A DNA stretch of 64,000 bases from an uncultured Nitrososphaerota archaeon (GCA_964416155.1 CAYQCW010000008.1:32077-96076), one strand, 5' to 3'. Counted from the stretch's first letter, positions 18,512 to 28,514 are shown. Notes: generated by a model not told the origin, from the sequence alone. Translations and numbers: made by a program.

Positions 18512-20596
18512 TCAACCTGGAACGGCGGGAGCCCATCCTATCCCTGCCTGCGCAACCGGCAGGAATATGTCGGTAACTATGGATACTATAAATGAGCCTA
18601 GGAATATACCTATCGCTAGCGGCACGCCTTGTTCTTCATAGAGCTTTGAGCCGCCTATTCTAAACGTTAGAAACTTCAAAACCCATGCGACGAGAAGATA
18701 GCCCCAAAGCCAGTGTGCAGGCTGGCATAAGCCTATGATAAGACCCACCGGATTCAATGGAAACCTGGCGAATGCAACCCTGGCCCAAAGGAGAACTCCG
18801 GCGAGGAAGAAGCCGGCAGCCCAATTAGCCAGCTCAAGCCCCAGCAGGTCCTTGTTCCAGTTAAACCAGGAACAGCCTTGAGCTTGGTTGAAAGCAGCGT
18901 TAAAAATGGCTTCTTGACTCCACCATGCTGGGCTGACCCACTGGGCGTACAGGGTGCCGCCATGGCCGAAGCCCTTGTCAATCCCAATCATGTACGTGAA
19001 GACCAGCCACAGCGGGAGACATATGAGGACAGCGAGAACCATGGCCACAATGGTTGAAAGCGCCATAGTCCTATTATTGGTTTTAGTTAAAGTCGCCAAT
19101 TTGAAGGCTTCAAGCTGAGCGCTCTGAGGCGTGCCTGCACCACCCCAGTACCACGTGTAGTGCCCAGTCACCACGTAACCCATAATCCAAGCCGTATAGG
19201 CACCTGCCCCGTGTGTGGCTTGAGAAGCCGCCGAGGCCTGGGCTCCAACAAGCGAGTAGAGTCCTGCTTGAGACAACAGGGTGGCCAAAACCTCCTGAGA
19301 CTCCCAAGGAATGTCGCCCTTCGCTATGCTTTCCCCACGGATCCTTGACGTCGCAACATACTGGAGACATGTATATACTACGATTATGCCGGCTGCCCAG
19401 ACTGGAATATAGACGACGACCATGAGCACTATGAGCAACACGGTTGAAACTATAAAGGCCAGCCACAAGGTTCTATATGAGAACGGCTCGTTAGACTCGT
19501 CCAGAACCTTCTTGCCGAACGCATTCTTAAGTGTAGAAGCAATATATTTTCTCGCGTAAACGAGAAGCCAGAGGCCTAAGCCGATCATTGCACCCCACCC
19601 GATCATCCCGCCGGATATGGGTGCTATCGCGCCTGAAGCCATGCTGTGCCATGCTCCTCCGGAGCTTCCCCAGGGTGCTTGAAGCGTCGCGTATCCAGCC
19701 CAAGCAGATATGGCTGGAATAATGTCGACGAATATAAACCAAGCGACCACGGCAGTGAAGAGAACATCCAACGGTGCGAGATACCATAAGCTTAGCTGAG
19801 ACGGTGAAACGCTGAAAAACCAGCTTGAATTGGGCAGTGCGACCTCTAAGGCTTCAATGTGGTAAGTCTGCCACAGGTTCCATCCTCTTCCAGGTGCCAA
19901 GGCATCTATTAGGTTCCCAAGCATTAGTAGAAAGCCTAAGAGTATGCCTATCAGTATCTTTTTCACCCGGGGCTTCTGAGTTACACCCAGGCCTAGATTG
20001 ATCAGCTCATTAGTAATGTTCAAATATGGGAATGGGAGTTTCTCAATGTCTATCCATAGTTTCCGAAGTATCATTCCCATTGAAACCATGAAGACCACTA
20101 GGACCATTGTGAAGACAATCCAGTAGCCTAACGCAGGCGCCCATGCGGCCCAGGGAACAGAGGTTCCCCCGGTGAAGGCAGCTAAAGCCGCCGTTGTGTC
20201 TTTTACTCCGAAAAGGGGGCTCATCTCAAGGGCTCCCGGTATTGTAGATACCCAGTATCCCATGTACCACCATTGTTTTTCCCACGCTGTGTTGAAAATC
20301 GATATTGAAAAGGGTACGGCTACGGACCATGCAAAGCCAAGGCTAACTGTTACCATGGCGAAAACAATAGCGTATTCGTCTGCCCTGAGCCTTATGGAGC
20401 TGAGAAAGTAGCCGAGTATCGCTAGCACAAAGAGGATTAGGAACGCTCCAGCGTTCATGCCCCAGAGGGTCAGATTCACATTGGTCCAGTCTATTGAAAG
20501 CTGTATTAACATCATAAGGATGGAGACGACTAGCCCAACTATGAATCCTCTGGATTTCAAAAATTCGCTAAGGAGGAATTCTTTTTCCCCACTCAT
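18512..20596 (-). CDS. DUF6785/DUF6784-like (OPT-superfamily-like) polytopic membrane protein (module 1, gene A)
   Basis: VPWAAWAP, WIDIEKLPFP, C-terminal FPLNPVG...AWVLKFLTFRIGGSKLYEEQGVPLAIG. Paralog of 58163-60145. Confidence 0.72.
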   Translation of the reverse strand: MSGEKEFLLSEFLKSRGFIVGLVVSILMMLIQLSIDWTNVNLTLWGMNAGAFLILFVLAILGYFLSSIRLRADEYAIVFAMVTVSLGFAWSVAVPFSISIFNTAWEKQWWYMGYWVSTIPGALEMSPLFGVKDTTAALAAFTGGTSVPWAAWAPALGYWIVFTMVLVVFMVSMGMILRKLWIDIEKLPFPYLNITNELINLGLGVTQKPRVKKILIGILLGFLLMLGNLIDALAPGRGWNLWQTYHIEALEVALPNSSWFFSVSPSQLSLWYLAPLDVLFTAVVAWFIFVDIIPAISAWAGYATLQAPWGSSGGAWHSMASGAIAPISGGMIGWGAMIGLGLWLLVYARKYIASTLKNAFGKKVLDESNEPFSYRTLWLAFIVSTVLLIVLMVVVYIPVWAAGIIVVYTCLQYVATSRIRGESIAKGDIPWESQEVLATLLSQAGLYSLVGAQASAASQATHGAGAYTAWIMGYVVTGHYTWYWGGAGTPQSAQLEAFKLATLTKTNNRTMALSTIVAMVLAVLICLPLWLVFTYMIGIDKGFGHGGTLYAQWVSPAWWSQEAIFNAAFNQAQGCSWFNWNKDLLGLELANWAAGFFLAGVLLWARVAFARFPLNPVGLIIGLCQPAHWLWGYLLVAWVLKFLTFRIGGSKLYEEQGVPLAIGIFLGSFIVSIVTDIFLPVAQAGIGWAPAVPG

Positions 20597-20629
20597 TTCT
20601 TCTCACACGTATTTAGTTTGGAAAACTTC

Positions 20630-20637
20630 TATTTAAA
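20630..20637 (-). promoter_or_regulatory. TATA box of module 1
   Basis: TTTAAATA on the minus strand ~33 nt upstream of the ATG at 20596, preceded by an A-rich BRE-like tract. Confidence 0.5.
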
Positions 20638-20709
20638 TTTTTTTTCAAATAATAAATTGGTTTAGCCATACTACCGTCGCAACATTAAGCACATTTCCCC
20701 TCTTCACAA

Positions 20710-22361
20710 CTACTCCTTTCTAACGAGGAGCAATACAGCGATCAAAAATTCTAGGATCGAAGTGGCTGTTAAACCAGTCATGCCTATGGCAAAAGAAGCA
20801 GTCAGAATCAATGCTACGAAGTAAACCAGAATCGGGATTATTGCAACAACATAGCTGAGTATCCAGGGGAGAATGTAGTAGTAGAATTTTAAATATAGGT
20901 TTCCCGATGGGACTGTTTGCCCAAATGTTCTTGAGAGAAGAACGATTTCAAACATTATCGCAGCAACTATGGAGAACGTGAAAACACCTCCGAAAAGCGC
21001 GAACATGTACACGAGGCCCGGTGCTCTCAGCATAGTTATCGTCAAGAGTACGAGGAGTGAAACCAAATACACGGTTGACGATAGGATTGTCTTAGCAAGA
21101 ATCAGCGTCATCTTTCCTAAAGGCAGGCTTCCAACGTGAGAATAAGCCATGCTCTCCGTGTTTAAAAGCGCGGAGGGAAGCATCAATACCATTAACAAAG
21201 GCACCGAGAATAGAGGTAGAAGCGTTAAAGGCAAAAACTCAGCAGGAGCCCCGCTCGCATCAGAGTAGAGGGAGCTGAAGGAGAAGCTGAAAATCACAGT
21301 TTGTATAACCGGCATTATAAGTACGGTGAAGTAGGAAGGGGACCTTGAGGCTATCCTAAGATCCTTTTTAATTATTCCTAACCATGGTGCTCCGGAATTT
21401 ATGGAAACATCCCTAACCCTCATTCTGGAAACTGTGGCAATGCTTCCAAAGCCTATTCTAACTATTCTTTCGACGAGCCATTTGAAGGAATACGCTGCCA
21501 AGGCGAAGTAGACGAGGGAAGAACCCACTGATAGGATAATAATTCTAGGGTCGTCAACGGTGAAGAAGGTGGCTAGCGAAGCTAGGAAGCCTAGGGAAAA
21601 GGGATAGAGCGATACGAGCAGATATGAAAAGCTTTGAGTAAGGGTTTTCATCAAGCTAGCCATCTGCATTGCAAGACCCGTAATCGCATACATCAGAAAC
21701 ATTGGAACAATCCAAACAAGCATGTAGAAAAGCCTCGTGAATGTCCTCCACATCGATCTTCCTCCTCCTCTAACCACCTTAGAATAGAAGGAAAGAGCCA
21801 AGAAAACCGCTATAGCCAACGCGAAAAACTCTGTGATTACAACGCTCAGCAATACTGTTAAAGCACCTGGAATGGAGCCGAACGAAATCCCATAGGCTAC
21901 GGGAACAATTAAAGCTGCCACTATCAAGGGAATATCAAAAATCCTTATGAAACACAGTAAGAGAATTTTTGAAACATCTCTATTTGAAATCGGAAGGGGA
22001 ACAAGAAACTCTGCAACTCTGGAAGAGACAAAAGATGTTGCAACCTGCAATCCCATGAAAACTATCATAATAAAATCATGCTGAGCATGGTTGAAACCCT
22101 ACATGCGGCAGCCAACTTCACATCAATCTCGAAAAGAACGCCTGAGAAGAATATGAAAACCCCCGTAACGCCGATTAAAAAAGCCTTCATGATTTTACTA
22201 ATCATAGTATTCATCTCAGCGTTCTTAACAAGTGTTACGATGTTTTTCTCAGTGTCTCCTCCTTGTGGTAGGGTTCCGCCTATGCGAAGGGAGAAAAAAG
22301 ATTGAAAAACTATTTCCCTGTAAACTTTTTTCGACAGTCTCCATAGTTCAGACGTATTCAT
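20710..22361 (-). pseudogene. Archaeal ABC-2-type exporter permease split by a frameshift
   Basis: 98-aa (22065-22361) and 452-aa (20710-22068) hydrophobic ORFs overlap by 4 nt and read as one protein (LVPLPIS, IKKDLRIASR). Confidence 0.65.
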
Positions 22362-22366
22362 TAACC

Positions 22367-22548
22367 TTATGCCTCCAGAGCTTTAACTATCTCCTGCACC
22401 CCCGCCTCCTGTTCAGTTACCTTCAAGAATATTTCTTCCAACGAGCCTTCTGCACTCTTAACCAGTTTAAGAAGGAAACATTGTCGACAGCCACGAAAGA
22501 ACCGTATTTAACCACGAGTCCCTCGACGAAAACAGGCGGAGTATGCAT
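22367..22548 (-). pseudogene. ABC ATPase remnant with the catalytic core deleted
   Basis: N-terminus VEGLVVKYGSFVAVDNVSF is joined directly to the C-terminus GSLEEIFLKVTEQEAGVQEIVKALEA*. No Walker A/B. Confidence 0.75.
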
Positions 22549-22683
22549 CACATAATCGACTAACCCGGAATTCAGTTCCCAGCACCCCTTCGCTAGAATG
22601 ATGCTTTCCATATAAGTTTTTATCCATTCGGCCGCTAACCGTGATAAAAGCTAATAGCAAGCAAAAAGCTTATTCTGACAACT

Positions 22684-23679
22684 TTGGACCCGAGAAGCGT
22701 CTTTCTTTCCATCGCGCACGGTGAAGACGCAGAAGGATCTATGGTGGCTGCGATAACGAGTCCTTTAACTGAAGAGCTACTTAACCTGTGCGACTTGACA
22801 TGGTCATCAGTCCATAAGAGCCGTGGACACATGGTTAAAGCGGCTTTAGCAGCTAAATCCATAATTGGTTTTGAAACGGTTCGAGCTCCCTTTGACCAGT
22901 GTGTTGAAGCCGAAGCCCTCGGCGTTGAACTCGACTTCGAAGGCAATTACCCGAAACCAAGGAGGCTTCTGGAGAGAATAGAAGAGTTCAACTTTACAGG
23001 GAGAGGCAGGACGATGATGGTTTTAGACGTCATCAGGGACCTGAGGAAAACAGTTGGACCAAGTGCCCCCATACTCGGCGGCGTCACAGCTCCCTTTACC
23101 CTTCTCAACTATCTCCTTGGTCCTGCTAAAACCATATTGCTAAGTAGAATGAACCCAAGCGTCATCAAGGATTACGCTGACAAGCTTTCAGCATCCATAG
23201 CGGATTATGCAAATGAAATGGTTTCCGCCGGGGCTGATGCTATCGTGATCGAGGACATGGCTTCATCGCCTGACGTGCTTAACCCTTCGATCTTCAGAAT
23301 AGTTGAAGTAGAGCCTCTTAAACGGTTAACATCCACGGTGACCGTCCCTTGCATACTGCACGTATGCGGAGACACCTTGAGAATTTTAAGAGAGATACCT
23401 GAGACTGGTGTTAAAGTCTTCCACATAGACCCTAAAACCAACCTCAGCATTGCAAAAGACCTAATCCGTGGCGTAACCTTAGCAGGAGGGGTAAGCACGT
23501 TTCTACTTTTGGAGGGTGATGAGACGAAGATTATTGAAGCCTCGCTCTCATGCCTAAGCCTAGGAATCAGAATAGTGGCTCCAGCCTGCGCCCTGCATCC
23601 AAAAACCCCAATAGAGAACGTTAAGACGATGATTAGAGCAGTAAAAAATAATGCACGGATGATTGGGAATACGTTTTGA
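22684..23679 (+). CDS. MtaA/CmuA-family methyltransferase (URO-D fold)
   Basis: PFDQCVEAEALG, ILHVCG (Zn-binding HxC) and APAC (third Zn ligand). Confidence 0.8.
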   Translation: MDPRSVFLSIAHGEDAEGSMVAAITSPLTEELLNLCDLTWSSVHKSRGHMVKAALAAKSIIGFETVRAPFDQCVEAEALGVELDFEGNYPKPRRLLERIEEFNFTGRGRTMMVLDVIRDLRKTVGPSAPILGGVTAPFTLLNYLLGPAKTILLSRMNPSVIKDYADKLSASIADYANEMVSAGADAIVIEDMASSPDVLNPSIFRIVEVEPLKRLTSTVTVPCILHVCGDTLRILREIPETGVKVFHIDPKTNLSIAKDLIRGVTLAGGVSTFLLLEGDETKIIEASLSCLSLGIRIVAPACALHPKTPIENVKTMIRAVKNNARMIGNTF

Positions 23680-23901
23680 ACAATGCAGGGCAGCTGCTTT
23701 TGTGCTTTAAAGCACGCGTTATGATAATAGACAATATAGAGTAAATAAGCTTAACGGCAGAGGCCTATCACATACGTCAAACATATAGCTTAATCTGAGG
23801 AATGATGTGAATCTGGCTAAGACTCAACCATTTTCAACATAATCCTGCTGGTGTATTAAAACATTGTTGAAAAGCAATTAAATAATGAAGTTTTCAATGC
23901 A

Positions 23902-25713
23902 CTACTCGTTGGTTCCAAGTAGCTCTCTTAACCCTAGCCTATCGAGAGTTTCCTTTTTCGGCTCGCCCTTCTCATTCCAACCCCTGAGCCTATAGTATTC
24001 GGAAAGCATTGGTTCAAGCTCAACCGTCTGTCCTTTTCCAGGTCCCTCGGGCAGGGGTTCGTTTAAGAGCCTGCCGGGCAGAGTGTCATCCTTCCTGGTT
24101 ACCCCCTCTCTCACATTGAAAAGCCTCGTCAGGTTGTAGACTCTCTCCCCTATCCTCATGAATTCATACCAGTCTTTATATGGCTGGCCGGTGCAGGCAG
24201 TAATCATGCGGTGCAGCTCTTTAAGCGTTATCGCGTAAAACGCGAAGAAGCATAAGCCTGAAGAGTCTATCACAGCCTTCTCATCCTGCCTATCTATCAC
24301 TAGCCTCGCCTTGCCCTCAATAGTGTACGGGTCTACGCCTCCCCCGTACCCAAGCAGCTCCTGCCCAGCAGTGTATCCTCTAAGGTGGCACGCTCCCCGG
24401 TCGCTGGTCGCGTAGCCAAGACCCATTCCTTTAGCAGCCCTAGGCTCGTAAGCAGGCATCTCCAACCCTTTCACGTGCATCGCAAAACCCTCGCTGCCCG
24501 GGAACCTTCTGCTTAGCCTGGCTACACCCTGCTCAATCATTCTTCCACACTCCTCACCCTTACACGTCTTCTCAATAAGCCTGAGAAAGACCTCCTCGTC
24601 TCCCCACACGGGCTTCAACCCGTCCAGTTCCCGGATGAACCCTTTCTCATAGAGCTCCATGAGGAAGCTTATCGTGACGCCGGTGCTTATCGTGTCTAAA
24701 CCGTAGGCGTCGCAAAGATAGTTCGCCATAGCTATTGTTTCAGTATCTTTGACGCCGCAGTTTGGGCCGAATGCCCATATTGTCTCATAGTCCGGCCCGT
24801 CGACCCATGTGTCGTTTAAAACAGCGATTTTACCGCACCTTATCGTGCAACTATAGCAACCCTTATCGGCCTTCCAAAGGCTTGTCCTCCATTTCTCTCC
24901 TGAAAGCTCACCTGCACTGTCGAACCTTGCTTTTTGAAAGTTTCTCGCGGGGAGAGCACCCATCTCGTTGACAGCCTCAATTATGTTCACCGTCCCATGT
25001 CTCGGCAGGCTTCTAGCAGTAACCTCGTGCAGCCTCAGCATTCTCCTAACCACCCAGGCAGCCCTCTTCATGCCCTCAGGATCATAAACCTCTATTGGTT
25101 TCTTTCCGCCCACCACTATGGCCTTCAGCCTCTTAGAGCCCATTACCGTGCCTGAGCCGCCCCGTCCAGCGGACCTCATGTCGTCCGTTAAAAGCCCTGA
25201 TATTGGGGCGAGCCTCTCGCCCGCGGGTCCAACAATTAGGAAACTGTAAGTCGGAAACTCTTTCTTAAGCTCCCCGATGGTTTCGAATGTTGTGCTACCC
25301 CACAGCCTGCAGGGCTTCAGCTCAGACCCGTTTCCGTCCACAATGAGCATGGAGGGTTCCTCAGCGGCTCCTTTAACAATCAGCATGTCGTAACCGGCTC
25401 TCTTAAGCTGCACTCCAAACGTCCCGCCGCAGTTCGAGTCTAGAAAAACACCTGTCTGAGGGCTTTTAGCGACTACGCTAAACCTGGAGCCGGTTGGAGC
25501 TATGGTTCCAGTTAAAGGCCCTGTCGACACAATTAAGGGGTTTTCAGGGGATAGCGGGTTATCCCTGCCCTTAAGGCTCCTGTAGAGGTAGAGGGCTCCA
25601 AGACCCTTCCCCCCTAGCATCAGAAAAGCCTCCTTCTCGCTCAGATTTTCAACCTTAGCCTTGTTCAGAGAAAGATCGAAAACTAGGATTCTACCAGTGT
25701 AGCCACCCTTCAT
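23902..25713 (-). CDS. aor: Aldehyde:ferredoxin oxidoreductase (W/Mo-pterin)
   Basis: KSPQTG, GRGGSGTVMGSKRLKA, CYSCTIRC, GPDYET, GLDTIS, RGACH, YYRLRGW. Confidence 0.92.
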   Translation of the reverse strand: MKGGYTGRILVFDLSLNKAKVENLSEKEAFLMLGGKGLGALYLYRSLKGRDNPLSPENPLIVSTGPLTGTIAPTGSRFSVVAKSPQTGVFLDSNCGGTFGVQLKRAGYDMLIVKGAAEEPSMLIVDGNGSELKPCRLWGSTTFETIGELKKEFPTYSFLIVGPAGERLAPISGLLTDDMRSAGRGGSGTVMGSKRLKAIVVGGKKPIEVYDPEGMKRAAWVVRRMLRLHEVTARSLPRHGTVNIIEAVNEMGALPARNFQKARFDSAGELSGEKWRTSLWKADKGCYSCTIRCGKIAVLNDTWVDGPDYETIWAFGPNCGVKDTETIAMANYLCDAYGLDTISTGVTISFLMELYEKGFIRELDGLKPVWGDEEVFLRLIEKTCKGEECGRMIEQGVARLSRRFPGSEGFAMHVKGLEMPAYEPRAAKGMGLGYATSDRGACHLRGYTAGQELLGYGGGVDPYTIEGKARLVIDRQDEKAVIDSSGLCFFAFYAITLKELHRMITACTGQPYKDWYEFMRIGERVYNLTRLFNVREGVTRKDDTLPGRLLNEPLPEGPGKGQTVELEPMLSEYYRLRGWNEKGEPKKETLDRLGLRELLGTNE

Positions 25714-25714
25714 T

Positions 25715-26950
25715 TCAGATACTCTCCTCGACGAATCCTATGGCTGCTGTGCCGCACCATTCCGCGCACTGGGGAGCTCCACCGCAAAGATCGCATATGA
25801 GAGGCCTGTTTCCCTCCTCGTCTAGCAGGATAACCTTCTGCGGGCATGTTTCTACGCAAGCCCCGCATGAGCTACACGCCTCTTCAACAAGCTCAACATT
25901 CCCCCTTGAGCCCCATCTTAAGGCTCCTGTCGGACAGACAGATATGCATTTACCGCATTGAACACAGACAACAGGCTCGCACCCGGCGGGCCACTCCTGT
26001 ACAACCCTCAGCCTAGAACGCCCAATATCTATTTTCCCATTGTGATAGATGCTGCAGACAGCAGCACAAAGGTTGCAGCCGACGCAGGCAGCGGGCTCAA
26101 CCCTGAGAGAGATCCTACCCTTTTTAGAGGCTCCGACCACTTCAAGGACGCTTCTACCTTCGTGCACTATAGCCCTGACAAGCCTCACCATCCCTCCAGG
26201 ATCATTGGCCTGCACTATGTTCCTGCCGTAGACTATCCCGGACCCCCCTGCCTGCATAACTTCTTCAACAACCTCCAGCGAGTCCCTTATGGTGACGCCG
26301 CTGTAGCCGCCTAAGGCAAGAACCGGGATCCCGTCTGCAGCCTTAACAGTCTTTTCAAAAGTATACGGGTCGCCGGTGTACGGGACTTTAAGAGCGTCGG
26401 CTCCAAGCTCAGCAGCCATCTTCACTGAAAGGTTTACAAGGTCGACGTAGTTCGCCTTCGTAACGTGCTCACCCATCGGCAGAGGTTCAACTATTAGAGG
26501 CATACCCTGCTTCTCGCATTCACGCGAAAACATTGATATCATCTGAATGTTTCTAGCCTCCTCATCCTCATCGCCCAAGCCTATAAACAGGTAGACCACT
26601 ATTCCGGAGGCGCCTAGGGCTAAAGCATCCTCCACTCTTACGGTGTTCACGTCACGTATGACTCTGGCTGGGAGAGTGTAAGTCTTGTCTCTAAACGCGT
26701 TCGTCCAATCAGCTCTAACAAGTAGTGCCGGCGCATCCTTCCCATAGAAAAGATCTATTAGACTGGATGCTTGTCCAGGGGCTAGGAGAATAGCGTCCGG
26801 ACCCCCTTGAATAACCCTAGCAAGTGTTTCCCTCAGGTTGACAACGCCCCTTATGGGTCCAAGCATAAGCCCATGGTCCGCAGCTACAACCACGGCCCTC
26901 CCATCTTCGCCGAATATTCTTTTCAGCCTAAGCCTCTTTCCGGTCTGCAT
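25715..26950 (-). CDS. Class I (DhnA/FbaB/LsrF-type) aldolase fused to a C-terminal 4x[4Fe-4S] ferredoxin-like domain
   Basis: AADHG, ELGADALKVPY (Schiff-base Lys), ALGG, GRNI, followed by four Cys clusters (CVGCNLCAAVC, CVQCGKCISVCP, CSSCGACVETCP, CDLCGGAPQCAEWC). Start taken at MQTGK. Confidence 0.85.
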   Translation of the reverse strand: MQTGKRLRLKRIFGEDGRAVVVAADHGLMLGPIRGVVNLRETLARVIQGGPDAILLAPGQASSLIDLFYGKDAPALLVRADWTNAFRDKTYTLPARVIRDVNTVRVEDALALGASGIVVYLFIGLGDEDEEARNIQMISMFSRECEKQGMPLIVEPLPMGEHVTKANYVDLVNLSVKMAAELGADALKVPYTGDPYTFEKTVKAADGIPVLALGGYSGVTIRDSLEVVEEVMQAGGSGIVYGRNIVQANDPGGMVRLVRAIVHEGRSVLEVVGASKKGRISLRVEPAACVGCNLCAAVCSIYHNGKIDIGRSRLRVVQEWPAGCEPVVCVQCGKCISVCPTGALRWGSRGNVELVEEACSSCGACVETCPQKVILLDEEGNRPLICDLCGGAPQCAEWCGTAAIGFVEESI

Positions 26951-26952
26951 CC

Positions 26953-27726
26953 TTAACACCCATGAACCAGAAGCCTGGCTTCCGCAACAGTCTTCTCCAC
27001 GCTGCCCAAAGCCAGTCTTTCCCTTAAAAGAAGGCCGGAGCATCCTGCTGAAAGAGCGTTCCCAAGCTCTGAAAGGGAGGCCTCAGGATCGTCAATCGCG
27101 ACAATCGGGGTTTGACCAGCCACTTCGACGATGGCACGCATAGACTTCTCGTCTCCAACATATGGTGTTGCAACTATGTCGGCACCAGTTTCAACAGCCA
27201 TCCTGACGGCAAGCTTTAAACAGTCAAGGAGGTTGACTTGAGTGACCCGCTCGCCTATTGCGATTGACTCCACGAGCAGCGGAAGCCCGAGCCTTCGGCA
27301 GCCTGAGACGAGTGTCGAAACGATTCTAATGCTTCTAGCCTCCTCATCCTCGTCTCCGACGAGAAGATAAGCAGCGATACCTTCAACTCCCAGCGTCAAC
27401 GCCTCCCTGGGGCTAACCAGTTTAACATGCTCGAGTTTTTTACGGGGCGTTGTCGAATAGCCTCCCACAGCATTTGTGAAATCAGACCTTAAGATTATAG
27501 AGGACCCCCTGCCTCCGATCAGGCTCTCCAGCCCGGTGACCTGTCCCTTGCTAAGTATGATAGCATCGGGATTAGACTTTAAAACGCTTGTTAAGATGCT
27601 CCGCGTTGCCCATAGGTTTTCAACCCGCCCGCCTGTGAAAGTAGAGTCAACACTGATGATCAGTGTTTTCCCAGTCTCAGAGAAAATCCTGCTTAATCTA
27701 AGCCCCTTCCCTATCTGAGTAAGCAA
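26953..27726 (-). CDS. Class I aldolase paralog lacking the catalytic Lys
   Basis: Collinear with the downstream aldolase (GKGLRLSRIF, AVRMAVETGAD), but has SVDST for AADHG and GADIVATPY for GADALKVPY. Confidence 0.75.
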   Translation of the reverse strand: MLTQIGKGLRLSRIFSETGKTLIISVDSTFTGGRVENLWATRSILTSVLKSNPDAIILSKGQVTGLESLIGGRGSSIILRSDFTNAVGGYSTTPRKKLEHVKLVSPREALTLGVEGIAAYLLVGDEDEEARSIRIVSTLVSGCRRLGLPLLVESIAIGERVTQVNLLDCLKLAVRMAVETGADIVATPYVGDEKSMRAIVEVAGQTPIVAIDDPEASLSELGNALSAGCSGLLLRERLALGSVEKTVAEARLLVHGC

Positions 27727-27800
27727 GACTCTATGCCTCCGAATGTCTTTCCAGTGTATGCTTCAGCCAAACCATGTTCAGCCATCCTCCTGTTTACTCC

Positions 27801-28373
27801 TCATGACCTGCTCAGAGGCTTAGCTATGATCTCTTTAATAATTATGTCGAATATTCTGGAGGAGTTGGCGGGGTGGACAACTATAGCGGTGTCAGCACCC
27901 CTACCGGTTCCGGCTATGCTCACCACATCCCTGTCCACAGGTATTAGACCAGCGTCCGCAGCCATTGCTACGATCTCGACAGCCACCTTCATGCCCTCGC
28001 AGAAAAGTCTAAGGGTTTGAGCCATTAACTCAGCAGGGTAAGCAGTGTCGAACTTGCTCCTTATCGCCCTCTCAACGTTCATAAAAACATGCGTCCCGGT
28101 GTAAATCTTGGCGCCATTCGCCTCCATTATTCTACGGTTCTCCTCAATCAACTCCTGTTGTCCAGGTTCTTTAAAACCCGTGTGATGAGTCACAACAACC
28201 AGGTTAAAGCCTTTAAACACCTGTGACGCCTTTACCCCTGTTTCACCAGTTGTAGACGCGACAACAATGTTCTTTATGCTGAGCTCCTCAGCCCTCTTCT
28301 TCGCTGAAGCCAGAACAATATCAGTATTGCTCCTCCCAGGCGTGTCGAAGTAAACTATGGTTTTCTCAACCAT
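27801..28373 (-). CDS. Pyruvate kinase C-terminal-like domain protein (MTH1675-like)
   Basis: YFDTPGRSNT, IVVASTTGETG, VVVTHHTGF, GMKVAVEIVAMAADAG, GTGRGADTA. Confidence 0.85.
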   Translation of the reverse strand: MVEKTIVYFDTPGRSNTDIVLASAKKRAEELSIKNIVVASTTGETGVKASQVFKGFNLVVVTHHTGFKEPGQQELIEENRRIMEANGAKIYTGTHVFMNVERAIRSKFDTAYPAELMAQTLRLFCEGMKVAVEIVAMAADAGLIPVDRDVVSIAGTGRGADTAIVVHPANSSRIFDIIIKEIIAKPLSRS

Positions 28374-28514
28374 GGTCAAAGACATCGTTTCAAAAAGTCT
28401 CCATAATCTTTTAAGCCTTTTGCTTAGAAAAACGCGTGAGGCCGAGCCGTTGCCGATGACCACGTATAAACTTGGCTCAGCACCTGCAACACTGCAACGG
28501 GTAACTCCTCAATT

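Noticed and set aside
22684-23679. Evidence of methanogenesis from the MtaA-like gene
   Set aside because: No mcr, mtr or corrinoid genes in the window; the family is widespread in non-methanogens.
23831-23873. TTTTCAACA...TGTTGAAAA inverted repeat between convergent genes
   Set aside because: Single AT-rich repeat with a long loop; not distinguishable from a terminator or chance, and no MITE-like copies seen.
25715-27043. 442-aa start for the aldolase-ferredoxin fusion, and the long starts at 13943, 28463, 30715 and 35669
   Set aside because: The extensions overlap upstream genes or promoters and precede the family N-terminus, so shorter starts were chosen.
27711-27785. 24-codon ORF (MAEHGLAEAY...) with an AGGAGG site upstream of the pseudo-aldolase
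   Set aside because: Too short to support and has no motif; may be chance or a remnant.
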